From NCBI GenBank assembly GCA_003614675.1, contig ML002358.1, positions 1 through 38,756 on the forward strand: a stretch of 38,756 nucleotides of DNA, in the 5' to 3' direction. The stretch comes from Dimargaris cristalligena. Lineage: Eukaryota. Below are positions 24,600 to 35,599 of the stretch, piece by piece. A program made the position numbers and the translations under genes. The notes beneath the pieces were generated by a model, which saw nothing but the letters and a program-made list of their open reading frames with translations, had not been told where the DNA came from and did no database searches. Each line of letters begins with the position of its first letter. The stretch's first letter is position 1.

Positions 24600-27500
24600 A
24601 GTGGTGGTACGAGGTGATACAAGTGGTGATGGGGTGGGGTATACGGAAAGGGAAGAAGAGAGAGAGAAAGAGAAGGTAGGTTAAATAAACCGTGATATGG
24701 ATATTTATACCACGAATTCCGGTATGGTTAAATATAAAAGCAGGGTTAAATGGTCTGGCTTTAAAGATAAACTTAAAGGAGGATAAATTGAAAAAGTCGG
24801 TACAATGGGGGGGTGTAAAAAAGGAATATTACAGTAGCGCCAGGTTAAATGCCCGAGTAGACAGTGTGTGAGTGGGATGCAGGCACCAAGTGGGGTGGGG
24901 AAGGCTTCCATTATATAGATTTAGGTTGAGACGGTGTTGGGTTCAGGGGCAGGGTATACGAAACCAAGTCCCTCCCCTCTTCCCTTCCCCTTCCGTCCTA
25001 CATTACACACTCTTCAATACAGCCAACGTTGTTACACGCGAGCGTATAGAGAGACGTGGGGGACAAAAGTGAGAAGAGAATAAGGAGGGGAGCGAAAGGC
25101 CTTGGATAGATCCCAAATATCACATAAAAGGAACCAAGATGTATTGTATTCCCTCCCTTCCCCCTTGTTGTTCTCTCCCTCTCTCTTTCTCGAGGATTTA
25201 CAGTTGACCTGGAACCTCCTCAATGATCATCCAATAACAGGTGGATTAGTCCTCATCTCTACTATGGAGGCGCGCGATACCATTTGTAACAACCATTGCT
25301 CCCCAGTCTATGGTGCTATATTGGCCACCCCAATTGCTTTCGTCCGCCTTGGCATTCAGTGAAGATGTGTTGTGGTGAGGTCCCAATGGGGGTGGTAGTT
25401 GTGCATGTCCGTACAGTAAGGGATATAATAATAGACACCGCCAGTGCCTAATTCGGTGTAGACAGTCGTCGTATACGCTCTATTATACATGCGACGGGCC
25501 AGACTGAGTTTTAGCTGATGGAGCGGGATAATGCACTGCTCTAGCAGAAATAGACCCTTAAATAGACCGCACATTGCGGCATCTATAAACTTATATATCT
25601 GGATCGCCCCCTCACTCCCTGTATATCCCCAAAGTAGCATACCGAGTAGAATTGCAAGCGTATAAATCGGAAATCGTGGTGGTCGAATGGGGTAGGTATA
25701 CTCGGAAATATATTCATGCCGATTCGTAGCTATGGTCAACCAACCGGCCTAGCGACTAATCCGGCACAGGACGGGGTGTGTGCATGTGTGTTGGAGGAGG
25801 CGCGGAAGCGCGAATGGTATTAAAGTTGTCACACCATTAAACGGTTTCTCAGACAGCCGTTAGCTAGTAATTTGGCATTGTGAATTAGCTAGTCTCATGT
25901 ATTCGGGATACATCCACTCACCAGGAAGATTCGAGAACAGAGAGGCATCATAGACGTTTTGTCTATTACTGGCAACTCAACTCTGAGGGGGGGGAGTTAA
26001 TATTGATATAGGACCGGGATTCTCCCAAGTCCAGGGTGGCGCTAGTGCGAAGCTCTTGGGAAGCACACCATGTGTTACTCCAAATCGCTGCGTGGGATGT
26101 GGGTGAATGGTTCCCATTTATTGAAGGGGAAAAATAATCTTAACGGAGTCCGTTTTTGGCTACTAACGATTGGCAGGATAGCGAGAGTTACGAGTGACGA
26201 CCAAGGGGGGGGGTAGCAAACAGTTAGTTCGGAGTGGTTTCCTTATTGTTTTTTTTTGGAGCACCCTTTGGGAATCCTGAGTATTCAATTTTGTCTACCA
26301 GATAAGCTGGTCCACCTAAAAATCCAGAGAATTTGGGTCCGTTATTGGCTTAATACCTGCTTGAGGATCCCAAACATTTCATTTCGCTATTTATTTAGCC
26401 TATTCGAGAATCCCGAGCATTTAATAATCTTCATTGGCGAACTTTCGGGGCAATGGTGTGTTAAGTAGAGAACATTTTAAGCTTAATGGGATAATGCATA
26501 GTGGGGATAGGTGATGAACTAAAAGGAAGATTGGGGAATAGGGCCGCAAGTATCAGTTCCGAGCACATTGATAGAGATTGTAATTACCACAAGGCTGACA
26601 GGGAGTCAAATGAAGTTACCTCATTGGGGTCACTGGGAGAGCCACATAGAGTTGCTAATAGGTCGTGGGGTATACATATATTTGGTCCCATTAGAATAAG
26701 TCAGTGGAGTTTGGGTAATCATATCTTGGGGGACGGAGGTGGAGAGGGTTTGGGGAGATGAAATTCCCCCCCCCCTGTTACTGTTGGAGAGTGGGCAGAA
26801 AGCGATTTCAACACAATACGATACTACCGATGGGTTGATGGGCGTATCCCCTCCCTTCTAACTCGACATGGTGGTATACTATTCTACTGGATTAGGGGAT
26901 TGGTCGCTGGGGATGGAAGGTTATGTGATTATGGCTGATGCATCAGTCAGAAATCGTCCGGGATATCCTATAGCGTGTGACTATGGTGTTCAAGTAAATC
27001 ACTTCAATCTTAACAGCCCAGTATATAACCAAGTTAACATGGCACCGATTTTTCGGCGATAATTTCCCTATATACATATAATCAGTGGCTTATCTGCGGT
27101 ATTTGATGAGCGCAACTCCTCTTTTTGAAGACCAATGTAACACTGGAATATATAGTTCCATAGGTAATATCCCTCCTCCATTTATCCTGCATATGACAAT
27201 TGAACAGGCTGCGATTGTCGTTTGAGCATTGGCAATGGTGATTGGGGTGTGACCATCGCGTACGTGGAGTTCCAGGCAGTTAAAACAATGATAAACTGCC
27301 AGGCTATTCTACCATTCCTGCGCATTGGCTGTTGTTGATCGATTAATGGCGATGGTCGACTGCAGTGGGTGAAATCCAATACAATTCGACCCATTGTTAA
27401 TTACGAGTATATTTGCTCTCTTTTCCGATGACATCAGGCCATCCAGTTCGGAGCATTTTCTAGGGACTGTATAGGTAAGCTCATCCCGTAAACCTCAACC

Positions 27501-28218
27501 GACTTAATTTCCTCTACAGTTCCATCCGGAGAAAATACCTCCGTCCCTTTTGGTTTAAAAGTGCGCGTACTATACCAAGGCTTGTGTAACGAAGCTACAA
27601 CTAGGTGTGCCTTTACCACACTATACTGGCAGTCTGTGGTGTTTTGCTATAGCCTTGTGCCACAACACCCCGGTGATATATTTGGCACAGACCTGTCATG
27701 TGCCCTGTATAGGTGTAAAGGTGCACACACCCCCTCACCCTCCAGCTGTAGGCTTTGTGATTGTTTCCGAGTCCGACGTTGCGAGTATTGTCCAATATCC
27801 AATATCTGTAACCCCCTCTTCTAACTTTCTATGCAAGAGCAATAATAGAAAAAGATCTTCGCGACTTAGCCAATTAATTAATGGTCTATACATCTCACTC
27901 TGCACCAATGACTATAGAGTCTTTTTGTCATAAAGTGGGATATAGGGAAATGGATAATGAGCCATTGTTATGGCTTTTAAGCCAACAAAAGATGTACACT
28001 CTACTATACTATACCGATGGTTATTGATAGAGTTGGTCCAGCCTAGTCTTCTCTGTGTATTGGTTACTTCTTTGTAACTCATCCCACAACCAAGACTCCC
28101 AGCTTCGCTTTATTCCCCAGCCCCTCCCCCCTTGCGCTCCATCCACTCATTCACCCTACCCCACCACATCCCTCTCCCCTTTCCCTTGTCTTCGCCGGCT
28201 ATCGCGCCCCTTTTAAAA

Positions 28219-30257
28219 ATGAGTCTACTCGGTTGTTTAGCGGGTCTGTTTAGCAGCCCCCCGCCCTATCTCTCCTTGAATGAGGCCCAGGCGTTGCCAT
28301 TGAACGAGTTCGTTAACCGGTCCGTGGAAAGTGCGCCCCACTTCGTTTCTAATCCGGCCGAGAGTCAGTCGTTAGTGCAAATCTACCAACGCCACCTCCA
28401 GGGGCAGGCCGATCTCCGGTCAGTCACTGCGGGGTTATTCCAAACCGCCCAAAACGTGGCTACTACCGATGCCGATCGCCAGCGTCTCCAGTGGGTGCAC
28501 ATGCTGATGGACAGTACCATGAACCAGGTGGCCAATCTGAGCCAGGGCCCTCAGTATCAACAACAACCCCCCATGGGAGGAGGAGGTAACGCCAATGACC
28601 ACTCTTCCCAACAACCGCCTAGGAAGTCCAATAATAATAATAATAATAATAGCCATAAGAAACAGGGCCAGCAGTCCTTCGCCGCGGTTGTGGGTCAAGG
28701 CCATTCCCAGGGTACCACCGAGTTTCACCCCGCGCCAACGATGGCCCCCGCTACGTCGGGAATTAAGATGGCCACCTACTTCTTCCCGTCGGAGCCCAAC
28801 TTCAAGGTATTTGAAGAACTCGGCTATTTGGTACTGCTGATCACCCCAATTAACTCGGCCGTAACGTATTATTGCGCCCCAGCTAACGAGTTTATGTTAT
28901 GTCCGACGCATTCTTTTTGTTGTTGTTGCTATATTCATATGACCCTTGGGCGGGCACTATCTGGTTTAGATCCTCCTCAACACCCTCAACTCGGCCCGCA
29001 ATTCCCTGGACGTGTGTGTATTCAGTCTGACTGACGATGACCTGGCCAATGCTCTCATTGCCGCCAAAAAACGCGGGGTCCAGGTATGTATCTCTCCATC
29101 AAATTAACCGCCATGAATTATACATATTTCTCTTAGAACAGTGTACTTGTACTCCCACTATCTGGCGTACACCGGTACTTCGAGCACCTAGTCTTTGCGC
29201 AAAGCAGAGAGCGGCTATGTGCATTGGATTGAGCGGATTGTAATAGATGTAGGCACTGTGAGGTTTGGTTTGGTTTGGTTTGACCATAGTAAGCTATAGG
29301 TCTACAGGTAGTACGTTCATTGTTGCTAAAAGTCCATTTAACTTCAATTTGAACTATCTCTTAGGTTCGACTTATCTCCGACGATGACCAATGCTCTACC
29401 CTTGGCTCGGACGTACAACGCCTGGGCAATGACCACGGAATCCCCACTCGCGTGGACAATAAGTAAGCTGACTCGCCTACATCTATCTTTCTCCACCAAT
29501 TCGGGCGGCTTTACAGCCCATTGGTTAGAATTCCGATGTACTCCTGCGTGCCCTGCATGTAATTGGCATTTCGGTAATCTGGAAAGCAAAGCTTAGCACG
29601 GAAAATGGGCAGATATCCTGCCGAATTCCTCCGTACATGGCCTATAATAGTCAAGCCTCTTTCTACCTGCCCAAGCAATCGGATTAGTAGGTCCAGGAAT
29701 TATTACACATATACCCAATTGGCGTGTTTCTCATTCTTGTACTTTTTCATTACACTTTGTTCGCACCTCATTTGTCCCCTTCCATTCCGCGCCCACCCTG
29801 AAGCCCGAGCCACATGCACCATAAATTCGCCATTGTGGACAACCAGACATTGATTTCGGGCTCCTATAACTGGACCAAAGCGTAAGTCAATCACTTCTCT
29901 TTAGTAATTTGTTTGATAATATTGTTTACTTGTACCCATTAGCCCCTCCTTAATTTTGGGAGAAGTGGGGACTGGAGAGCCACCCTTTCATACTTAACCC
30001 ATGCCCGATAATCGGGTTTGGCGACCCAGCAGTCCGATTCACGATCGCCTACTAAACCGTCTGAATTTTTGGGCATCTTCCTTAATACGTCACCTAATGG
30101 CCACTGGGCCCAACTATGCTACTCTACAATTATTTTACATGAATATTTTGACAGTGCCCGGAAGTCCAATCGCGAGAATATCATGATTACCGACTCGCCC
30201 GATGCGGTCAACGGATTCCGCCAAGAATTCAACCGCTTATGGCAAGAGTACTCATAA
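28219..30257 (+). CDS. Single-HKD phospholipase D/nuclease (PLD6/MitoPLD/Zucchini/Nuc-like), 326 aa, 5 exons
   Basis: Exons 28219-28806, 28970-29083, 29365-29462, 29804-29881, 30155-30257 (981 nt in frame). Spliced product has YFFPS, SARNSLDVCVFSLTDDDLANALIAAKKRGVQVRLISD, catalytic HMHHKFAIVD...GSYNWT, NRENIMI and FRQEFNRLW. Confidence 0.92.
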
Positions 30258-30777
30258 AGAACTAATGTATATATTGTTCAATAATGCTACGAGTGCGTGC
30301 CCGGGCTCACCTCCGCCCCATCGGCTATTCCCTAGGGTGCTTAGCGTTTGGTGATAACATAATCAAGTACAAATGCAATAGATACCCAGAAGCTCACCGC
30401 TTTGGACTAGTTGGCCTTTATTATCTTTAATATTTCGAGTTTCTTGGACTGGATGGTCGCCTGCATTAACCATACGGGCTGTTACTTCAAAGAGATTACT
30501 TCAATCGCCATTAAATGTATCTCAACGGGGAGCATCTTGCGCATCACTCGGGCACCATTTATTATATCACGTTGCCTGTTTGCATTTTCAATAATTTATA
30601 AAGTGCTAATCTGTAAAAACCAGCCACAGTCGATAGGGCCATGTATAGCTGTTTGATTTAAGAGCTCGCTAAACGGTATATCTAGCCGACTGAAACACAT
30701 CTAGTGATTAAGGGTAGGAATTCACCAAGTGGGACCAGTTTCTTAAGGTTGCCGGTCCAGACTTACGGACAGGGGAC

Positions 30778-31601
30778 CTAACTGGTAGTGGTATTCAGTG
30801 TCGCCAATTTCGGGTCAAAATAGGTCGTCCACTGCTCAAGGGTCCAGGAGCTAGATACGTTATTATCCACCAGTCCGTTATAGAGGAAGGTGGGGCTGAC
30901 ATGAATCCCCTGCTGCCGCCCCAACTTGATGTGCAATTTCAGATCATTGGTGACCTTATTGCCAATGTTTTGAGGGGCCCCTCCTTCCTCAGTGGACGTC
31001 GCCACATTCAGTTGCTTTACCACCTGGTCGCTTTTTAAGCCAGTCACTTCGTGGGCGTACTGGGCCAGGGCGGTATTTAATTCGTGGCGACTTTGGTGGT
31101 GGACAGCGGCGTCAAAAAAGTTCGCCTGGCGGTCGAACAGGGCGGCCGAGAAGGGGAAAAACTGATCGGGGTCCACGGCTTCGACGGCAAGGGCCGCTTC
31201 ATGCAGGATGCTGCTCTGGGGGTGCCAGGGTTGGACCTGGTGGCGAAAGATAAACTGAACTTGGTCGGGGTAGGTATTTTGCACATAGGGGAACACGCGT
31301 TCGGTAAAGGTTTTGAAGAATTTGGCCGAGAAGGGGCAGACGTAGTCAAGGTAGGCTTCGACAACTACGGGCGCGTTTTCGGCACCCAGTCGGTGACCTA
31401 GAGGAGGAGTAGCGGTAGGAGAGAGGGAGTTGCCAGATATCCAAACGGAGGGGGGCGGAATTGAGATTCCAAAGCTGGGACTGGGAAGGCTATCTATGAA
31501 TGGGTATGGTATAGTAGAATAGGGTCACTATCGACACCGCCGATTTCAATAAGATTGGTACTGCTGAGCTTACCTTGGTTAAGTAAAGTGAGAAGGGACA
31601 T
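30778..31601 (-). CDS. DsbA-like thioredoxin-fold protein with CxxS site, 215 aa, 2 exons
   Basis: Exon 1 31601-31574 (MSLLTLLNQ), intron GTAAGC...TAG, exon 2 31397-30778. Motifs GHRLGAENAPVVVEAYLDYVCPFS, FIFRHQVQPWH and cis-Pro loop GIHVSPTFLYNG. Confidence 0.88.
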
Positions 31602-32294
31602 GACTACGGGGAGTTGGAGTAAAGGAAATGGCAGGAAATTAAAGGCAATACGTTCAAAGAAAGAAGAACAATCCCGTACACCTTACCGTGTACTATATTG
31701 CCCAACCCAAGGGTGTCTAGAAGGATGGCGTGATGACGAAGCAATGATGTGATATACTACGACCCACTATGGTACCATTTACCCCTTAGTTTCACTGCAA
31801 TCACCCAAAGAACACTATCATTTGAACAAATGTAACTAACTGGTCGTTTGGTGTATAATTAGGGTTATAGTATACCGCTAGATACCCCCCAAAATAAAAT
31901 ACATCTCGAAGAATAACACATCAAAGTATTTGGTGGTTTTGTTTGCCTAATACATTCCCTTCAGAAACCGTGTTTCTGCTACCCTGGCTCCAGGTAAGTC
32001 ACACAGGCCACGTAGTAGAGTATTAATTTATTGGCCTGAATCCAGCAGGCCGAAGAACTCGATCAACGAATCTGGGCTGTCTGTAAGCGACTCAGCCGGG
32101 TTGTTTGGTTTAGAAAATATAAAAGTAAGGAGAGAATTCCAGATAAAATATACAATTTCTTTCCCCCCTTTAGAGCGGAAAGCCGGGGAGTGGTGCACTG
32201 GTCTAGTTCAAGAAAAAACAACAATACCACCGAAAACTCGTTATCCGATTATAATGTGGATAGAGGTACCATAACACGGCTGTCTTTTTGAGGG

Positions 32295-33413
32295 TTAGTT
32301 ACGGGTGAGGAAAAGGGCCACTGCCAGAGGTAATCCAGTCAGAGCATTTCCTATTAGCCCCCGGGTGGTCTGCGAGCTAGCAGCCGACAGCGCGGATGGT
32401 AGTTGGTTGCTGATGCCGAAAGGCCCTTCCTCGTCACCACCCTGCGTTGCCGTGGGGGTGTCCGTAGCGGTGAGAAGATCGGTATCGCTCACAGTATCCG
32501 TCGAATCAGCATCCTTGTCTAGGTCGTCGTCTTTCCGTTTTTTGTACAATTCCTCTTTTGACTCGCCCGTTACTTCGGAGATCCACTTGATGTAATACTT
32601 GACGTGGGTATAATAGGCCACCACCGAGTCGGTCCCGCAGATGATGTTCGGATCGCTGGGGGCGTAGCCGTAGCTGGTGATACCCGCCAGCTGGTAGTCT
32701 TTGGGTCCCACCGGGAGGAGTAGAGGTCCGCCCGAATCACCCTGGCACGTGTCGTGGTTCTTGTTCTTGGCCGTACAGATCTGACGCCCGTCTTCACCGT
32801 CGAATTCCGGGTTGGCGGCCTTGCAGGCGTCGGAAGGACCGGTGGTTACGTTGACCTCCCGTAGACTAGACGAAATATCCCCGGTGCTGGAGGTTTTACC
32901 CCACCCGATGGCCGTGAACACTTCATTATCCCGCAAATCCTCTTTAGCAATGGCCACCGTGCCAATCTTCTCGGGCCCGCTGTCGAAGTCCAGGGGGCGG
33001 CGCAGGCGAATTAGGGCGAGGTCATTCACCACATTCTCGTAGTCGTAATCGGGGTGTACGTGTATGCGGTTCACTTTGTACGACCGGAGGTCCTGGGCGT
33101 CGTTGGAGCCCACCCCCACCGTCACGGACCGGGCGGACACGGGAATGCCGTTGTTGGTCACGCAGTGGGCGGCCGTAATCAAATAATCTTTGGAAAGTAA
33201 CGAAGCACCGCAGAGGAAGCTCGACTCGTCCATCACGATGGTTAGCATACTCATGAAGGGGAAAGATCGGCCCTTGACCACGTCTCCCCCGGCAATACGA
33301 CTCACTTCGTCGGCGGCCGTCGGACCGGGGTCCATCCGCTGTAGGTCTTGTGCGGCATGGGACACGGTGAGGTATAGGCCGACCAGCGACGCTATGTATA
33401 GGGTTGATTTCAT
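32295..33413 (-). CDS. Secreted trypsin-like serine protease (S1A), probably GPI-anchored, 372 aa
   Basis: ATG at 33413 in CACCACCATG context, signal peptide MKSTLYIASLVGLYLTVSHA, activation site R|IAGG. Triad motifs TAAHC, NDLAL and DTCQGDSGGP (S1 Asp), then a D/T-rich linker and hydrophobic C-terminus. Confidence 0.95.
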   Translation of the reverse strand: MKSTLYIASLVGLYLTVSHAAQDLQRMDPGPTAADEVSRIAGGDVVKGRSFPFMSMLTIVMDESSFLCGASLLSKDYLITAAHCVTNNGIPVSARSVTVGVGSNDAQDLRSYKVNRIHVHPDYDYENVVNDLALIRLRRPLDFDSGPEKIGTVAIAKEDLRDNEVFTAIGWGKTSSTGDISSSLREVNVTTGPSDACKAANPEFDGEDGRQICTAKNKNHDTCQGDSGGPLLLPVGPKDYQLAGITSYGYAPSDPNIICGTDSVVAYYTHVKYYIKWISEVTGESKEELYKKRKDDDLDKDADSTDTVSDTDLLTATDTPTATQGGDEEGPFGISNQLPSALSAASSQTTRGLIGNALTGLPLAVALFLTRN

Positions 33414-33714
33414 GGTGGTGAATATATCACTGCTGGACGGTAGGTGAAAGATAGTAGAAATATACAATGGCTTAAAACGGAGTAAATACGCGGAAAGAGT
33501 GGGCACCTGGGTAAGGAAAAATTACTGTCGGGCTAGCTCCGAATATTTTTAGGAAAGTAGGCCATACCGAATCCGGCAGTCGCCGCGGCTTGGGTGCATG
33601 TCTCTATGTTTATACATGCCAAATCATAAGTAGGGGGGTTATGTAAGCTCATTACGAAGAACCCAGCGGTTACCTTTGATGATAGAAGTGGTGGTGGTAG
33701 TGGTAATGAAAGGT

Positions 33715-33763
33715 AGATGCAGATGTCGATGTCAATGCTGATGTCAATGCTGATGCTGATGCT
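33715..33763. repeat. Imperfect hexamer tandem repeat (GATGYN/AATGCT units)
   Basis: Reads agatgcagatgtcgatgtcaatgctgatgtcaatgctgatgctgatgct, upstream of the trypsin gene. Confidence 0.7.
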
Positions 33764-35599
33764 AATAGTGTAATTCCTACAATGCAATAGAATGTAGTAT
33801 ATAAATTAGCCGTATGGGTAGTATTTTATGCAATTTAAGTGAAATGGGTAACCAAGACCTGGGGTTCGGTAATCAAAGGCAGAGGGAGAGGTATTTAAGT
33901 GCTGCTCGTCTCAGATAATAGATGGGTTAATGGCGAAAGGCTAGAATCAGCGACGCCCACTCATATGATCCACCCTACCCTGCCCTCCCCACTATTTCGG
34001 GAGTACATGTATATTCGAAACGCTAAAGTGGAGGATGGGGATGCTGGGATTACCCAGTGGGTAGGATCCCGTCATTAAACTATTGGCTGACCCGGCCGGA
34101 GGAATACCGGATTCGCCCAGTAAATGCCCCCCCCCAATGAATAGTCTTTTCCGCCTAAATATTAAAAAGTTCCGCCGGTGTCTAGCCCAAAACCCACGAG
34201 TTTCGGAATCGATCCAACGCAAATGATTTTATTGGTGCACCTTTTTTTTAACCTGGGCATCTGGGTTTTATCCATCATGTTTCACACATTGGATATGCGG
34301 AAAGAGTAGGGTATAACACCCTCTAAGCCAGCCCCGAAATCATATCACTTTGTAAACGGGGACCCAGTAGCCGACACCCCTCCTGCCCGATTTTCATTAT
34401 CTCCCTCTATAATATGAACCGATAGGCTTGACCGTGAGGCGTCCCCAGAACGCCACCGCAGACAGATTATGACTATACCGAACAGCCGCATCCTCAGTTT
34501 GATTGGGAACGGGCAGCATATGCATGAGGCCTCAGCTGATATATACGGCAACATGTTTCATCTAGAAAATATGCTAATCGACTAGTCCAACGCCCTCGGT
34601 GGCACCTTCTACCCGCTCGTAGATGTTCACCGGAGTGGTACTGATTACCAGCCAGATAATTAATACTGATCCTAACCATAAATCAAGGAAACCCTTAAAA
34701 TAGTTGGAGACCGAGTCTGACGACTCAGTATTAGCGGAGCCATCGGTGTATGCCATGATCCCCAAATACATCATCTTTGGCAAGAAATACAGCTCATACT
34801 ATGGATATCAGCCAGATATTGCAATCTTGGCGGCCACTATCTCATATATATTGAGTTCTCAGAAGTCTCACGCCTGATTAAATCCTGACAGATTCGCTGC
34901 ATAATTGTTGTAGAATTCAGTGTCTAGTATAACGAATACTATTTTGATTTACTACTTGTTTTGTTAAAATAAAAATGAGGTGTCTCAGGCGTTAGAGACC
35001 CAATTGGGTAACCATATATCGAAAAGATAGCCCAAGAGTGCACTATGACGAGCCAGATGTTGCTATTACTCGCTATCCAAGACCACCATTTTGGAAAATC
35101 CACGACAACCATAGGGAATCATGAAAAAGATATTGATAGTACAGATAAGCGAGCTAGCACATGTTCCCTATTGATAGAAACATGTACCGATAATTAACAA
35201 GAAGCACGCGACGATGTCTAACACATATACGATTGGGCGGTGGTATGCGGCAGCGGCGCACAGTTTGTGGGATCCACATCTCACTACTGGCTGAAATATT
35301 CCGAACAGCGATTGGCTTGCTTGCACTGTATAACAATAAAGTATCATGCTAATAGAGCTACGGCCAGTGTATATCCGGCCTATAACTATATGGTGGAGAA
35401 GGTAGACGTGCTCCCGCCTTTATAATCAGATGCCATTAAAAATGGGCCTTATTACATCTCACATGGTGCATATACGCATTTTAGGATCCAGGGGTCTTTG
35501 AGGATACAAGGTGGGTCCAGGTCTGGTGGGGGAAGGTTAGGGTTAGCCTGGGAGGTTGGCCCTGCCAATCATTAAATGTGGGATTGGAGTCGGAGGGTT

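Noticed and set aside
25100..27950. Scattered 60-127 aa ORFs between the membrane-protein and PLD genes
   Set aside because: Mostly non-ATG starts, no coding-like codon bias, no motifs and no frame-consistent exon chain.
28807..29034. 3' part of the 300-aa ORF 28132..29034, including CCCC
   Set aside because: It is read-through into intron 1 and an off-frame exon 2; the spliced model restores the PLD domain.
34574..34783. AYTDGS resembling the first RNase H motif of a retroelement
   Set aside because: It is only a short match with no downstream RNase H or RT motifs. A TBLASTX against TE libraries would be needed to revive it.
35535..35546. GGTTAGGGTTAG telomere-like sequence near the edge of the CpG-depleted block
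   Set aside because: Only two units, which is expected by chance.
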